Source of the DNA: Eutreptiella sp. 'Long Island Sound 2002'
Taxonomy: Eukaryota > Protista > Euglenida
DNA: 64,000 bases
Assembly (NCBI GenBank): GCA_964036045.1
Contig: OZ038378.1
Coordinates: 6,386,001 to 6,450,000 of the forward strand
Direction: 5' to 3'
Below are positions 13,050 through 26,509 of this stretch, one piece after another. The notes beneath the pieces were generated by a model. It ran no database searches. It had not been told where the DNA came from and saw nothing but the letters and a program-made list of their open reading frames with translations. Each line of letters starts with the position of its first letter. The stretch's first letter is position 1. The position numbers and the translations under genes were made by a program.

Positions 13050-13100
13050 TGCCTTGCTCGCTCGCTGTCTCTGTTCTTCTCTCTCCGCCTTCGCCCGCAG
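13050..13100 (+). promoter_or_regulatory. Polypyrimidine tract + CAG splice acceptor 3 nt upstream of the MMAA start (probable trans-splice or 5'UTR acceptor)
   Basis: CTCGCTGTCTCTGTTCTTCTCTCTCCGCCTTCGCCCGCAG|CTC ATG. Confidence 0.7.
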
Positions 13101-13103
13101 CTC

Positions 13104-13691
13104 ATGTTGCGAGTCCCCCGCTTCGCCAGCCCCCGCTTCGTGCGGTGCTGCGCAACCACTGGGCTCTTCGACGCCCTTCGGGGTGGGGACCGAAGGGCGC
13201 TCGCCAAGGCCTTGACGTTGGTGGAGTCCAAAAGCCCGGCGCACCGGCAGCAGGCGGACGACCTGCTGTCGCACGTGCTACAGACCCGCACGCAGTCGAT
13301 GCTGAGGATTGGGATCTCGGGCCCGCCGGGGGCGGGGAAGTCCACCTTCATCGACGCCTTGGGCCTGGAGCTGATTGGCCGGGGGCACCGGGTCGCGGTG
13401 ATGGCGGTGGACCCCTCCTCCATCGTGACGGGGGGCTCCATCATGGGGGACAAGACCCGGATGGAGGCCCTCGCGCAGAACCCGGGGGCGTTCGTGCGCC
13501 CGTCCCCGAGCAAGGGCTTCCTCGGGGGCGTGACGGCGAACTCCTACGAGAGCGTGCTGCTGTGTGAGGCGGCCGGGTACGACGTCATCCTCATCGAGAC
13601 CGTCGGGGTCGGGCAGTCGGAGATCGCGGTGGCGGATCTGTGCGATTGCTTTTTGTTGTTGATCCCGCCCTCGAGCGGTGATGAGCTGCAG
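13104..13691 (+). CDS. MMAA: MMAA/MeaB/ArgK GTPase (methylmalonyl-CoA mutase chaperone), exon 1 of 3, with a mitochondrial-type presequence
   Basis: [16 protein letters not shown]-loop [18 protein letters not shown]...[36 protein letters not shown]. The N-terminus is Arg-rich. The exon is 196 codons and ends at CAG|GTTGTG (phase 0). Confidence 0.97.
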
Positions 13692-15632
13692 GTTGTGCTG
13701 AGGCCCAGGGAGGGGGCTGGGGTGAGGGGTAGGGCCATGGGGCTGGACCTCGGCAGGAAGAGGGAATGGGGAAGAGAAGGGGCCGTGCAGCCGCACATAC
13801 AAAAGCGGGTGCTGCTGCGCAGTGAAGTGGCGGCGGACGGTTTTGACGGTTACGACTGCGGCGCGCGCATCCGATCCCTGCCACCCCGGACACCCCCTCT
13901 GCCCCCTGCCCGCCACCGCCTCCACCGACCCAAGCATCGGGCATTGTCCCACTCCCACCGCGCAGCCAACGATGTGAAAAGTGGTACCCACGATTTGTGG
14001 CACTCTAGACCCCCCTGACCCCTGTCCTAAGACCACAGCTGACCCTACTGAGCCAAAGCCAAATTGGCGCAATCTGGGGCCTTTGAGGGCCCAGCGAGGA
14101 GGGAAGGTTCCACCAAGGCTGGCAAGTTACCGTGTTGGACAACCGGTGTCCAGTGCCGTGTCTTTTGTACGCATCAACGCCACTTCTGAGGGATCGCAGG
14201 GGCAGTTTTGTGGGTGGGTGGGTGTTGGGGGGGGGGGGGTTGGGGTGATGACCTGGGCGACCCTGGTTCGTGGATGGCGTGATATGCACACTCTGAAAAG
14301 CCATGTCTCTGGTATGAAGGGCGCAACACTGCCAATGACCCACCACACTTACCTCAACTTTGCATGAGACAAGATTGAATTCAACCGACCCGTACATTGA
14401 AGCCTTTCTGCAAGGACTACCTTGAGCTGTGCTTGATGCAAGGGACATTCAAATCAAGCCTGTAAACGAGAAGTGTTTTGGAGTTAGGTGGCTTCGAGAT
14501 GTTTATTCCGAGATGGGAGGTCTTGGCGATTAAAAGGGAAAGATGTGACCTTAATTCTTGGTGATTTTCAAAACGGACTGATACAAAATATTTTGAAGCG
14601 TGGAATTGAATATTTTGGGAGAGGAAAGGATGTGGATTTGGGGAGCCAATCGGGTGAGGGTTCGGGGACAGTGGTAGTCTTGTGCGCACATACCCGAGGG
14701 AGCCGCATCCAGTGCATCACCTTAGCCCCCTTTGATGGGCATGAATGCTGGACGCCAAGGCAAGCGAGGGTCAGGTGTAGGGTGAAGTCGAAGGCGATGG
14801 CTCAGGTTCGGCGAGGGATGGGGTGGCACATGGTCTCAATCTCAGGCTAAAGCTGGTGCCAGGGCTAGTGGAGACGCAGATGGTGTGCAATCATTTCATT
14901 CGTCCCTTTGTGCTTCGTGGAAAGGATGCGTTCCAAAATAATTATGCGATCATTTTAAGTGAAGGTGACTGACTCTTCTGTTCCTTAGGTGCCCCCCCCG
15001 CCTGAATCCTGCAATGCCTGGCACCAAATGCCTGTCAAGTGAGGGGAGTGCGCGTTAAGGCGGAAATAGAGACACCGGCCGGGGGGGGGGGGGGCTCCGT
15101 ACAATGTCTTCATTTCGGGGGCATCACAGGGGGCGTACCGTGCGCTGTGCGCGCGCTGTGCGAAAAGTTGGCTGTTCTCCACCACCGGGAGTTCGGTAAG
15201 TTCAGAAGATTGAAAGGACGTCATTGAATGGCTGCTGCAGTGGACGGGGCTATAGGGGGCAGAATTTAGGTCCCTGGGACCCATGGCAAGCATCAGATGT
15301 TTGAATTTTTGAGTTTTGAATTTATTGTGCATGATTCCGCAGGTGCGTGGTTTTCAGGGTTGTTACCTGGATAATCACCGTAATAATTGGCGCTGTGCGC
15401 GCGCTGTGCCCGCGCTGTGCGAAAACGCCCCCACAGCCCCCGGATGGAGTCTTGTGGGGTACCGCTGTGGCAGGCCAGCGCACGCGCTCAGCAAAACAAA
15501 ATCCTCATCAGTGGACCGGAGGCGCATTTCCGTCTGGAAAAAGATGTGCCACGGAGGGTGAGCGTCGTGTTCCAGGTCCAGACCCACACGGCATGTCCCT
15601 CGAGTGCCCATCGAGCGGTGTTGCTGCTTCAG

Positions 15633-15824
15633 GGGATCAAGAAAGGGATCATTGAAGTCGCGGACATCATCTGCGTGACGAAGGCCGACGGGGCGACGAA
15701 GCTCGCTGCCTCGCAGGCCCAGGCTCAGTACGCCGCGGCCGTCAAGCTCCTGTGCACGGCCGATAGTGCGTGGTCCAAGTCCGTGATGACGAGTTCTGCC
15801 CGGAGCCCCGAGAGCGTCAAAGAG
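15633..15824 (+). CDS. MMAA: MMAA exon 2 (GIKKGIIEVADIICVTKAD...SPESVKE)
   Basis: Continues the conserved GDELQ-GIKKG motif. Acceptor CTTCAG at 15627-15632, donor GAG|GTGTGT; 64 codons, phase 0. Intron 1 is 13692-15632. Confidence 0.95.
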
Positions 15825-18800
15825 GTGTGTCGGGGTGTGCACGAGTGCTGCTGTGGACCCCTCGCCGGTCGTCCTCTTGGGCGCGTTGGGCCGTCACCCA
15901 AGCCGATCTCCCTCCGGTGAGGGGGGGGGGGGGGCAAACCCCAGGGGCGTCCGGCGCCCAGAGCCAGTCCTACCCCCGGCGCGCGGGGACGAAGCAACGG
16001 AGGGGAGAGACACCTCCCCAGGACGGCCCGCCGGGCAAACGAGCACGCCGGCCGGAGCGGCATGGACGTGCAGGCACCGAGGTCTCATAACCCCCAGCCG
16101 CCAGAGGCCTAGGCGAGGGTGACGACTCTCAAGGGGGGCCAGTGCAGTCATGATGTTTTTCATCAGACATCCTTTTTGGCACAGGCCCCCCTCCGCTGGG
16201 CGTCCACCCCTGGACCCATGCAGGCCTTCCTCTATAATATGGCATTCCCCCCCCCCCGACCTCCCTCACAAACACACACGCGCCCACGCCCACGCCCACG
16301 CCCACGCCATCGGTCGATGGTTGCAACAACGTACACTGGGGGCGACACGGTGATGTCGCCATCCAATGCGCTGCTGTTGTCGGGCCCCTCCCCCAAGGCC
16401 ACCGCCCAATCCTTTCGAAGTGGGTGGCAGATCGTGGGGAGGCGCAGACGCTGTGCTGGAGCGTTGTTCGGAGGCGTCCCTGTCGTAGGTATCATTTTGA
16501 CGGAATGGCACGTCACATTAGCACGGCCCATGTGCAGCTGGTGGACAGCGCCGTGGCCGTACATACGCCCATGGCCCGGGAAATGGAGATCCCATGCAGC
16601 CGCAGGCCAGGCCTTTAGGGGGGCCGGGGGCGGGGCTGCGCCACGGAACAGAACACGTGCTCGACACGACAGGCAGACGACTACTTCACAGTGGAAAGCG
16701 ACGACGGGGCTGATCTGCATGCGGGCATTTCAGGAAGGAAATGGGCCCCGGTTGCTCATGTTTTGGGGCACGAAAGCCCGCAAAGAAGCACGAAAACTCA
16801 CCGTTGCCAGCCACCGCGGAAAGTCGCGAAAACGTGTTCAACGTGACCTCTGCTGCGCAACGTACCGCAGAGCACGTGCCTCCACAGGCCCATTGCTGCT
16901 TTGGGCCCCACTTTGGCTGTGAGCTGCCCTGCGTTTTGTGGGACTCGGACATACCGTGCGGCTGGAGACACAAACATGTCGAAAGAACACTGAGGCACAC
17001 AACGCACATCTGAAGACGGACAATCCTGCGTTCAGAACAGAAAATGGGCCCAGCTGCCTCGTGGCCCTTCCCCTTGGCGTAGCCCTGCGCAGACGATGTG
17101 TCTTCTCACTTCGGGGGATCATCGCGCCCAAAGACTGTCGAGCCCCGTTGGTGGCAGCACCAGATCCATTGCCACCGAAGCGTGCACAGCCCCAGCCGCT
17201 CAAGATGGGGAAGTCGGGTTTTCGCTTGCGGGGGGGGGGGGGGTCGATAGAGCCCCCGAAAACTGGGGGGGGGGGGGGGGCGGGCGGCTACGGGAAAGGG
17301 GCTCAACTGACAGGGCCATTAATCAGTTATTATGAACTTTGGCGCCGAAGGCGCCTAAAACGTTTTCGAGCATTGAAAATGGTCAATTTTTTTTTACCCC
17401 ATGCATGGCAAATGATGATTCCACTTCCCAACAATATGGAATGTTCTCGTATGATAATCACCCGAAATGTATCCACCCATGTGACACCAGATCATATGTG
17501 GTTCATTGGAACAACCTTGTAGTCCATTAACCATGCAAAGAGGAAACCAACATCCGGACAACATTGATCCGACGTTTCAAATCACTTCGAAAAAAATTAC
17601 TCGTTCTCCAAAATTGTGTCAACAACCTTTCCTTCCATCATCTTCAGTACCTATTGCCCCTCTCCTATCTCCATCTCCGCCAATCCACATCTCTCCAGTA
17701 TGGCTTTTGCAGTCGATATGGGAAAATATTGATTCAATGAAGCAACCTGATGCATGGATGTATTTCTTTGTTATTTTGCCAAAAAATTCATCGTTGACAA
17801 ATGCAGATTTGGCCAAGGTGCCACCTCTTGCAAGTTTGTGCCTTCACGCTAACAGGAATGCCCAGGATCCACTCCCCAAACCCCACTTGCCCCTGGCTGG
17901 CAAATAGTTGGCTGAGCTGATTGGGGGATTTCCAGGCCAGCGCAGAGCACAGCGAATCTGCCACCGCTGGGGGCATACTTTTCTGAACCCCCTCCACACG
18001 CTGATCCCAAAACTCCCATTTTCATTTTTTGCCGAATTTTGGTTCCGGGTCACCTCCGGGGCCCAGGGGTCAGTCTCGGTAGGATTTGGCAGGCCCGTCA
18101 CTTGAGCCTTTTTTTTGGTGGGGAGGGGGTCTAGGCAGAGGGCTGTATCGACCCTTCCCCCCCACAAACGAAAGTCCGCCCACCCAGGTGCGGTGTGCAT
18201 TGCATTGCTGACGTGGCGCAGTGGTGGCACATCCCTATGTCTGGGCAGAGGCAGGTGCTCCATATTCATGTTTCCCAGTGACATCGCCCTCCGTCGAGCA
18301 CTCAGACAAAAAATTGAAGCCCCGTGAAACGCGCCGTCCCGAATCACCGGAGTCATCTTTCACCCCCCACCCCCCCCGGGCCTCACCAGACTTTGGCCAC
18401 CAGGGCACAGCCGTGCCGGTGCTGGTGCTGCAGCAGGTGGTGTGCCCACGGCACAACCCATGAGAAGGAACTCCATAACGCCCATTGGTTGCAGAAGTAC
18501 ACGAGCATAACGAACAGTTCGCCAATAATGCGCGACGTACACTGGGCCATGGCACGCAGGCACTGCGGATACAGCTCGCACAATTTTAGCTCTGCAATTA
18601 AGCGGGGATATGCAACGACCATCTCGCATCAACGTGATCGCCTACACACGCTCGATTGTGTTGCTAGAGAATTAGAGAAGGTGGTCCAACAAAAGGCGAC
18701 TTGAAAGCGTGCTACACAAGGCGCTTGCCTCCTGCAATGGTGGCCCCACACATTCAATCACTCTTCATTGGAACACTATGAGAACACCTTTGAGCCCTGC

Positions 18801-18977
18801 ATGACAACGGATGCGGAGCTCTATGGGGGTCTCGGAGTGGTATCCGACAGGACCCCTTGGCGACGCAGCGCAGACTGTGGCCGCAACAGGTCTCGGCGGG
18901 ACAAGCCCCCCTTCGTACCCCTGAGCCCTGACTGCCCCACGCCTGCCCTCGTGCGACGCATGCCCTCGGCTGTGCAG

Positions 18978-19241
18978 GTGTGGGACGAGGTCCTCCGATT
19001 CCGGGAGGTGATGATGCGCTTTGGGGCCTTCATGCACCGCCGAGAGGCCCAGAGGCAGAAGCAGCTGTGGAACAATTTGCAGTCGGAGGTCATGCATCGG
19101 CTGCGGACTTGGCCGGGCCTGCAGGACTACACTGCTCAACTGGAGAAGCAGGTCTCGCGAGGGGCTGTGACCCCCCGCAGGGCCTGCTACAAAATCTTGG
19201 ATCTGATTTTGACCGGGCAACAGCCGGACTCCAAAGGCTGA
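18978..19241 (+). CDS. MMAA: MMAA exon 3 (VWDEVLRF...RREAQ...W...TPRRAC...*)
   Basis: Typical MeaB C-terminus after acceptor TGTGCAG (AG 18976-18977). Intron 2 is 15825-18977. The spliced product is 347 aa. Confidence 0.92.
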   Translation: MWDEVLRFREVMMRFGAFMHRREAQRQKQLWNNLQSEVMHRLRTWPGLQDYTAQLEKQVSRGAVTPRRACYKILDLILTGQQPDSKG

Positions 19242-22200
19242 ACGGGGGAAGAGGAGGCGATGCGAGGGGTCCTGTGGCTGCCCTGGCCACTGTGGGTGCT
19301 GCTCCGTGTTGCTACCAAGTGCGGTCCACAAGCGGTTTGAAGGTCAAAAGACCCTCACGCCACATACTCGACTCAGTCTCGCCGCAGCTCTTGGAAAGCA
19401 GTGGAACGTGGCGAATGCCCGCAATGTATGAGGGTTATGAGGGGTGTGGCAGCGCAGAGGCTGGGCCAATAGGGGGGGTGGTGTCTCGACGGTGCCAGCA
19501 GCGTGTGCTGCGCTGGTGCGGTGGTTGGCGCGTGTCTGTGTGCGTGCGCGCCCCTGTTTGCTGGGAGTGGGTGAACGCGTGCGCGCAGTGAGCGGGTGCC
19601 AATGAGTGTGAGTAGGCGGTGTGGGCTCGTGCAACTGCGTCCGTGTACTGCTCGCGCGTGGTGGCGGGAGTCTTGTCATTCACCCGTGCCAAAACCAAAC
19701 GTGCCGCGTATCCTCAAACGACGGGCAGCGATGATTGGCCGCGGGGGCCTCGGGATCAACCGGCTGCAGCGCTGCCACTGCGGTGTGTATGGGTCACATG
19801 GAGGCGGAGACACATGCAAGTCCACCGCAGTGTTGACGCGGCCAGGCTCGCGTTTCTGGGCTGCGTCCTTCACCCGCCTTCCCCTTTCAGAACTGTTGTG
19901 CTGTCCTGGACTCGCCCACTGCAGCTTGGCCGGGCGGACGGACCCAAGATAACTGCGGTCCGGTGCGCGGCCTACAGACCGCTGATGACCCCTGAACAGC
20001 CTCCTTCTTGCCACTCGCACTTGACTCCTCTTGAGTGAGCCCCTGGGCCCTGGGGGCATCACCCATTGGCGTTTCCGACGGAAGGGGGCGTTTATGAGAA
20101 GAGGGGAGGGGCCCATGCCATCCGAAGGGGACCCCAAAATGCGCGGCCGTCCTGTTTTTTTTATTGGCAGACAATGTGTGGGTTCGGCCTTTGGACGGTG
20201 CCCAACAATGATCTTCCAAAACCCATTTGTCGGACAACATCCGCAGCCCCTTGACACGGGTGGGGCCGTACGTAGTGAAGTGGTGTTGACTGCTGCATCT
20301 GCCGCAGCTTTGCTGCACCGAGAAGGAATCTGGCGTATCTTGAGCCCCCGAGACGCTGAATGCTGCTGGACAAACTGAATGCTGACGGAGACCCCCCCTC
20401 CCCCCAGCCCCTGTGAGGACCTGGTCCAAGCAGACCAAGTCTGTCTTGCCGTCATTTGCATTTTTCTGACCACATCTTTCGTGGTCAAGACTGTGAAGGG
20501 ATGATGGTGGATATTTTGGGGCAAATGGACACAGTGACGAGACATGCTTTTGCTCACCTCTGAATTTGGTGTTCCAATTGGTTTGTTGCGGAGTGACACA
20601 AAAGGTTTGGGTGCCTGCCCCTTCTGTGCGGTGCAAGGACACCCCCGCCCTGTCCCAAACATCATTCGGTGGGTGCAAGGTCGGAGGGAACCGGACAGGG
20701 AAGTGCGAGGCACGAGGCACAAGGAGGAATGAGCGAAGAAATCCCGGTGGCAAACGACGAGAGACGAGGAGAACGTGTCGGAGACGAACGCCCCATCCCC
20801 CGCTTTTCCTCGGGAGTGTCCCCGGCACCATTTTCAGAAGATCTGCCGGGCAAATCCGCGGTGCTGCTGAGTGCCCACTGGGGCTGGCCGTACCCCTTTC
20901 TTCTGCCAAATGACCTCCGCGGCCCATTCAGCCACAGGTGCTTGGGCTCATCTGGGGATGCGAGCTGCGTATCGGCATCCAATGCAGGCGTGATGGCGGA
21001 ACGGTCTGACCCGCAGGCGGGGGTGCAAAGGGGGGGTTCGACGTTAGACAGAGGTTGGGCTGGTTTGTGTGTGTAAGGGTCGCGGATGCTCGTGGCGCTG
21101 CCATGGCAATGCGCAGACAATGGTAGGCGATGTCGCAAACGCGGGTAGCACCCCCTTCGCGTCCGAAGACGGGTGCGTTCAAAGACGGACACGCCGTCAG
21201 ACCGCGCTTGTTTTGACCCACGGATTTTGTGGTACCAGATTCAAGGAAACGGCGTTGCTCAACGTTCGGGTTTCTCTGTTGCAATTCCATTAGAAGGTGT
21301 TGTTTGTGTGCCTGCCTGATGTTTGGCCGTTGCATCGTGACGCTGTGCTGTACTGCGTACATGGATGCTCCATTGCTTCAACGCAGTCGCTCTATCTTGG
21401 ATGCCTTCTGCCTTCGGGTGAAGTTGTGCCCGTGTGTTGTGGGTGTCTCGCAAGAAGGACCGGCTTTCATTCGAATTTCGCACCAGCTTTGTGGCGAAGA
21501 TGTGACACTTGATGCCCCTCTCAGCCGAGTGCAATAGACAAACAATGATGGGCATGAGACTTTTCCACAACATGAGAAAGGCTTTCTATCATAAGCGTGT
21601 CCTTCCAGCTGAGCATTGAAGCCAATTACACTTCTGTTTTGCCCTTGTTTGGAATTTCGTCTTGCTGCCAATCTAAGGGACGTGCAGAGAGTTCGTCTGG
21701 GGATGTATGCCTCTGATTTGCCAGTCCAGGCGCCCATTGTATATCACAAAACCCTTCAGACCGCGCTTGTCCGGGATTCCTGCCCGTCTTTGAACACGTG
21801 ATCGCCCGAACGAAATCAGTTGCGGCCCCGCAAACGTCCTTTACTTTTGGTCGCGGTGGTCGCGCGCTGCGCTCCTGTGCACGCTCGTGACGGCCCGCAA
21901 GCGCTTGGCAAACCACGTCCCTCCGTCTCGGCTACGCTGTTGCTGTTGCAATGCAATGTTCCTCTTTCAGCGTTCCTCCCCCCCCCCCCCCGGTTTGCGG
22001 ATGCCCAGGCTCTCACGTCGTCCGTTCCACATGGTATGGGACTGTAGGCATGCCCCAAGCCCCTGTATTATGCGGCGGCGGGGGTAGGGCGGGGTACCTG
22101 CAACATCCGCCCCGAATGGACCGCCAATGGACCATCGGAGATGAGATGTGCCCCCCGTGACCTGCTCCAACGCATGGCACACTGCGAATACACCGCCACG

Positions 22201-23677
22201 TGCGCTTGGCCGCAGCCATGGCCCGCCGAGATAAACCACCGGTGGTGCGTCATTTGGCGGGGCACTGGCGTGTCTGTAATGGGCAAAGGGGTGTCCAGGA
22301 CGGGGACGGGGTGGGGGCGCAGAGGGTTGCAGGTTTCAAAGGGTTGGGGGGGGGGGGGGCGGGGAGAAGTACCGTCTGGGAGAGGCGTGGGGGGCTCTCT
22401 TTCCGGGAAACAATGGGTGGCACCCCCCCCCCCGGGGGGGGGACTGTCACTTGACCCAAAAAGCATAGGAAATGTTGGGCGCCGAAGGAAAAATTTTCTT
22501 TCGGTTATATTGGAACTGCTGCAGTTTTAGTGCTACCATTGTGTGGTGCAATCCCCCCTCCCCATGGGGGGGGCGGGCCTGACATTAGGGGGGGGGGATA
22601 ACAAGGGGGGGAGGTAGTGGGGGGGAGGGGGGTTACGTATTTCGAGTAGCGGGCTATGGGCACGCCAGGGGGCACTTTTTGAGGCCCACTACTGAAATGC
22701 TGTGCGTTGCAACGCCGGTGCAATGCAATCACTAACCCACTGTTCGTTACTCTGCATTTCTTCGTGCACGCCGTGGCCGTGTCTCCCCGCGTAAGCCCCT
22801 GCCTGGCAGTGTCTGAGAATTAAGTCCACAAGACGGCACAAGGCGAGGCAGTTGATTTGGGAAGGGGCTGCTCTGCAGTCCGAGCCCAACCCCATGCTAA
22901 CCTGTCGACGTGAACCCTGACTCCACCCTTGCAAGTCCCATCGGCTGCCTTTATCAAAGGTACAAAGTGTCCCATTGTTCTGGAAAGACCCTCTTTGTTC
23001 TACATGCCCCATCCATGATTACACCATGGGTGGCCACTTGGCAAAATTGTTGTTGCAGACAACTGAGCAGTCTTTTGTCCTTCAGATTCTGGCCCACGCA
23101 CCCATCTGAAAATGCTGAAGGCCAGAAAGGGTGGTTTGAGTGCCCAGATGAAAAACCACAGCGACAGTAAAAGCTAACAAGGTACAGAAGCAATGCTGGA
23201 GCTCGCAGTTCTCTCAAGCACATACACCGGCAGCATGGTCCCATGGCATCAAAACCACCACTGTATTAACAGCACTCACCGTTTTGGCTGCAAAAAAATA
23301 TCCAAAAAGGTGAAATGAATGGGTCATTTTTGTACCAAAACAAGGTCCGAAAGGATTCAAAAAGGCATTTTTTCAAAGTTGATCCAACCTCCATTGGGAT
23401 CCCCGAACATGTGTTTCGAGGGGGCGCCTCAAGCGCAGTGCGCGCGCAGTGCAGCGCGCAGTGCGCGTGCAGTGCAACTATTTGGGCGTCTGGCCGTACT
23501 AGAGACCCATACTTTGAGATACTAGGGGCCCCTAGGGGCATCATGGTGACCCCTAGTGGAGGTTTTGACTTCTGGTTTTGTCCCCCTTTGTTTGGGGACC
23601 CCCGAGAATGCAAGGGTGACGTAGCATTTCTGCCCTCTTTTGGGCCCCAACCTTCCGGTGCTATTGAGGAAAGTGAA

Positions 23678-23952
23678 GGGACATTGTATGGATTATGAGA
23701 TTGGGTCCATGGATGGTGCATACAAGGGGCGCCTCCATGTGGCATGGCCATTTATCGGTCGAAAGACGTTGACCGAGCGGCAAAAGGAGTACAATGATGT
23801 TCATGGTTTCTATAGGGCACACATTGAGCACTTGTTTGCACGCATGTGGCACTGGGGCATCGCAAGGAACATATGGAGGGGATCCGGTACGGAGTTGCAT
23901 GAGTACGTGCGTGTACTCTTGCATTTGCAGCAATTTTTGATTCGAAGACAGG
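23678..23952 (+). mobile_element. IS5/PIF-Harbinger-like (DDE_Tnp_4-type) transposase fragment, copy 1
   Basis: MDGAYKGRLHVAWPFIGRKTLTERQKEYNDVHGFYRAHIEHLFARMWHWG...LLHLQQFLIRRQV. Truncated at both ends. Confidence 0.75.
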
Positions 23953-24817
23953 TGGAACAGAAAGACAGTTCTGTGTTTTTGAGGGTGGCGACCAATGCGC
24001 TGTTCATGGCTTTTCCAGTTGTGCATGATGTGTGTTATGTGAAGGGAAGGTAGTTTGCAGCTTTCTTGAGCTAGGGCAGTTTGGGTCACCTAATTCTAAG
24101 GGCGTTTCCAAGGGGTTTGCTTGGGGGCTCTTCGGGGGGAACATAGTCTAAAAGTAGCGCGCAGTGCGCGTGCAGTGCGCGCGCAGTGCAAAGACTCCCC
24201 CATTTTTTCAAAGTTGATCCAACCTCCATTGGGATCCCCAAACATGTGTTTTGAGCCTATGGTAAGCCATTCTTGTCCCGGAAAGACAGTTTGAAATTGG
24301 ACTAATTCCCAGAATTGGTCTATCATGTGGGCCTTGTGTTTCGAGTTCACAAGCGGCCAAGGAGAAGGGTATCTTCACCCCTCTTCACCCCTTCTCCGCG
24401 CAAAGCCCGTTTCATGTTCAGATTGTGTTTAGCAATTGGTTGGGTGTCTGTCGTGCTTGGCTGTCTCCCTACTCTTGCTGCTTCTTTGAATTCCACAATG
24501 CAAATGTCTAATGGTAATGCCAAAGGTGGGCCTGGCAAAATTGGTTTTTATGGATGAGCGCATGGTTGCCATGCAAAATAGATTAATGAGTGGCTAGGAG
24601 TACTAAATGATGGTGAATTTGTGAATGGGCATTTATTTAATCCTTGCACCTTTGCTCCAATGGCCGTCAGGCACACTTTCCCTGGCTCGTGCAGACAATG
24701 GCTCAAGCGAGGGACGGCCAGCAAGAGCCTTGTGCTGCTGTGGTAGACCACAGCATTTCTGATGCCAACACCAAATCGGATGGTTCTACTTCAGATCGTG
24801 GCTCAGGATCGGAAAGC

Positions 24818-25402
24818 TAACTCGAGACTAAGTCAGGACTAACTCAGCACCAACTCCCCACTGACTCGGGACAAACTCGGCACGAACTCAATATTAACTC
24901 ACGACTAGCTGATGACAAACTCAGGACCAACTCAGGATCAACTCAGGAAGAACTTAAGACTCACTCATAGGACTAACTCAGCAGTAACTCAGCAGTAACC
25001 TTGGACAAATTTAGAACAAATTCAGGACTGACCCAAGACTAACTTGGGACTAACACAGGACTACCCCACGACCAACTCGGATCTAACTTTGGACCAACTC
25101 AGCACTAACTCCAGACCCACTCAAGACTAACTCACAACAAACTCAGGACCAACTCACGACTGACTCAGGACTAACTAACGAGAAACTCAGGAGTAACTCA
25201 GGAGTATCTCAAGACTAACTTAGGACTATCTCAGGACTCAGTCAGGACTAACTGGCAATTGCCTCAGGAGTAACCTAGGACTAACTCAGCACTAACTCAG
25301 CACTAACACAGGACTAACTTAGGACTAACTCGGCACTAACTCAGGATGAACTCAGGACTAACTCAGGATGAACTTAGGCCTAACTCAAGCCTACCTCAAG
25401 CA
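24818..25402. repeat. Degenerate 11-bp satellite, consensus AACTCAGGACT, about 50 copies
   Basis: Regular 11-nt periodicity is visible directly; most units carry 1-3 substitutions. Confidence 0.95.
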
Positions 25403-25659
25403 GAATTCAACACTTACACAGCACTAGCTGAGGGGGGAGCGGCAGCATGCCGGGCATATTTTTGGGCCACTTTTGATACGGAGCCGTAATCCACGCTTTT
25501 TGCATGGCCCCTTTCGGGTTGGGGATATGGGGAATGCCCCTTTCCGCAAATTTTTTGTTCCATACCGGGGGTTTTTTTTTTTAGATTCTTGTGCATTTTG
25601 GATGTGGCATGTTTGAATTGCCACCCATTTTTACCCATTTTCCATCCCTCTTTTCTCCG

Positions 25660-25765
25660 CACCATGGGGAAACCAAGAAGGCAGGGGCAATGTAGCCATA
25701 TTGATCTCTCCCCACCATGGGGAACCCAAGAAGGCAGGGGTGATGTAGCCATATTGATCTTTCCC
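25660..25765. repeat. 53-bp hairpin minisatellite units (same family as 32.8-33.0 kb)
   Basis: CCATGGGGAA.CCAAGAAGGCAGGGG...TGTAGCCATATTGATCT... repeated twice. Confidence 0.85.
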
Positions 25766-25799
25766 TCGCAGATGTTCTGATTTGGGATGGGTATGGACT

Positions 25800-26311
25800 G
25801 TCTCGTACCCCAGGTGATTTCTTTGATTTTGAGGTTGGGGGCCATGACGGCGCTTATAAAGGCCGGTTTCATGTCATTGTGCGATTCATTGGAAGAAAGA
25901 ATGGAACTTTGACAGCCGTGCAATAGTCGCACAATGATATGCATGGGTTGTATAGGGCACACATTGAGCATTTGTGTGGGCCGTTGTGGCATTGAGGTTT
26001 GGTTAGGAAAATCTGGCATGGCAGCCCTAATGAGTTGCACTAGTGCGTGCGTGTTTTGTTGCATTTCACGCAATTTTTGCATTCGGAGGCAGGTCCGTCA
26101 CCCTCCTTATGGGCCATGGGACCACGTCCCGACTCATGTTTGGACTTACAAAAGCAACTCAGCCGCCACGCAAGATGAGGGAGAGGATGAGGCAGATGTG
26201 TGCGCGTTGCGTTGTCAAAAGCGCTCCACCATCACAATTTGTGGCGAGTGCCACAAGCATTGTTGTGGCAAATGTATTGATGCCCACACTTCTGCGGAAC
26301 AAGTTGTTTGA
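25800..26311 (+). mobile_element. DDE_Tnp_4-type transposase pseudogene fragment with C-terminal Cys/His finger, copy 2
   Basis: FFDFEVGGHDGAYKGR...HNDMHGLYRAHIEHL...RRQVRHPPYGPWDHVP, an acidic linker, then CALRC...CGEC...CCGKC..AH. Contains internal stops and a frameshift. Confidence 0.75.
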
Positions 26312-26509
26312 TAGCTAATACGTGATGGATACAGATTGTTGTTGAATTCAGCTATTTTGACTTGCAGCGTGCTTTGTAGGGAAGGTTTGCGGTCCACTCT
26401 AGTCAACTTTTGGGGGCTCCTGTGGGGGAGCTCAAATCCGGGGTTAAAGTCGGGATAGTTAATACAAAAGTAGCGCGCCGGGCAAACACCCCCCCCAAGG
26501 ACTGACTCA

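Noticed and set aside
13692-14018. Read-through extension of the MMAA exon-1 ORF to 339 aa
   Set aside because: Similarity stops at GDELQ and resumes at 15633 with canonical GT-AG sites, so this is intron sequence.
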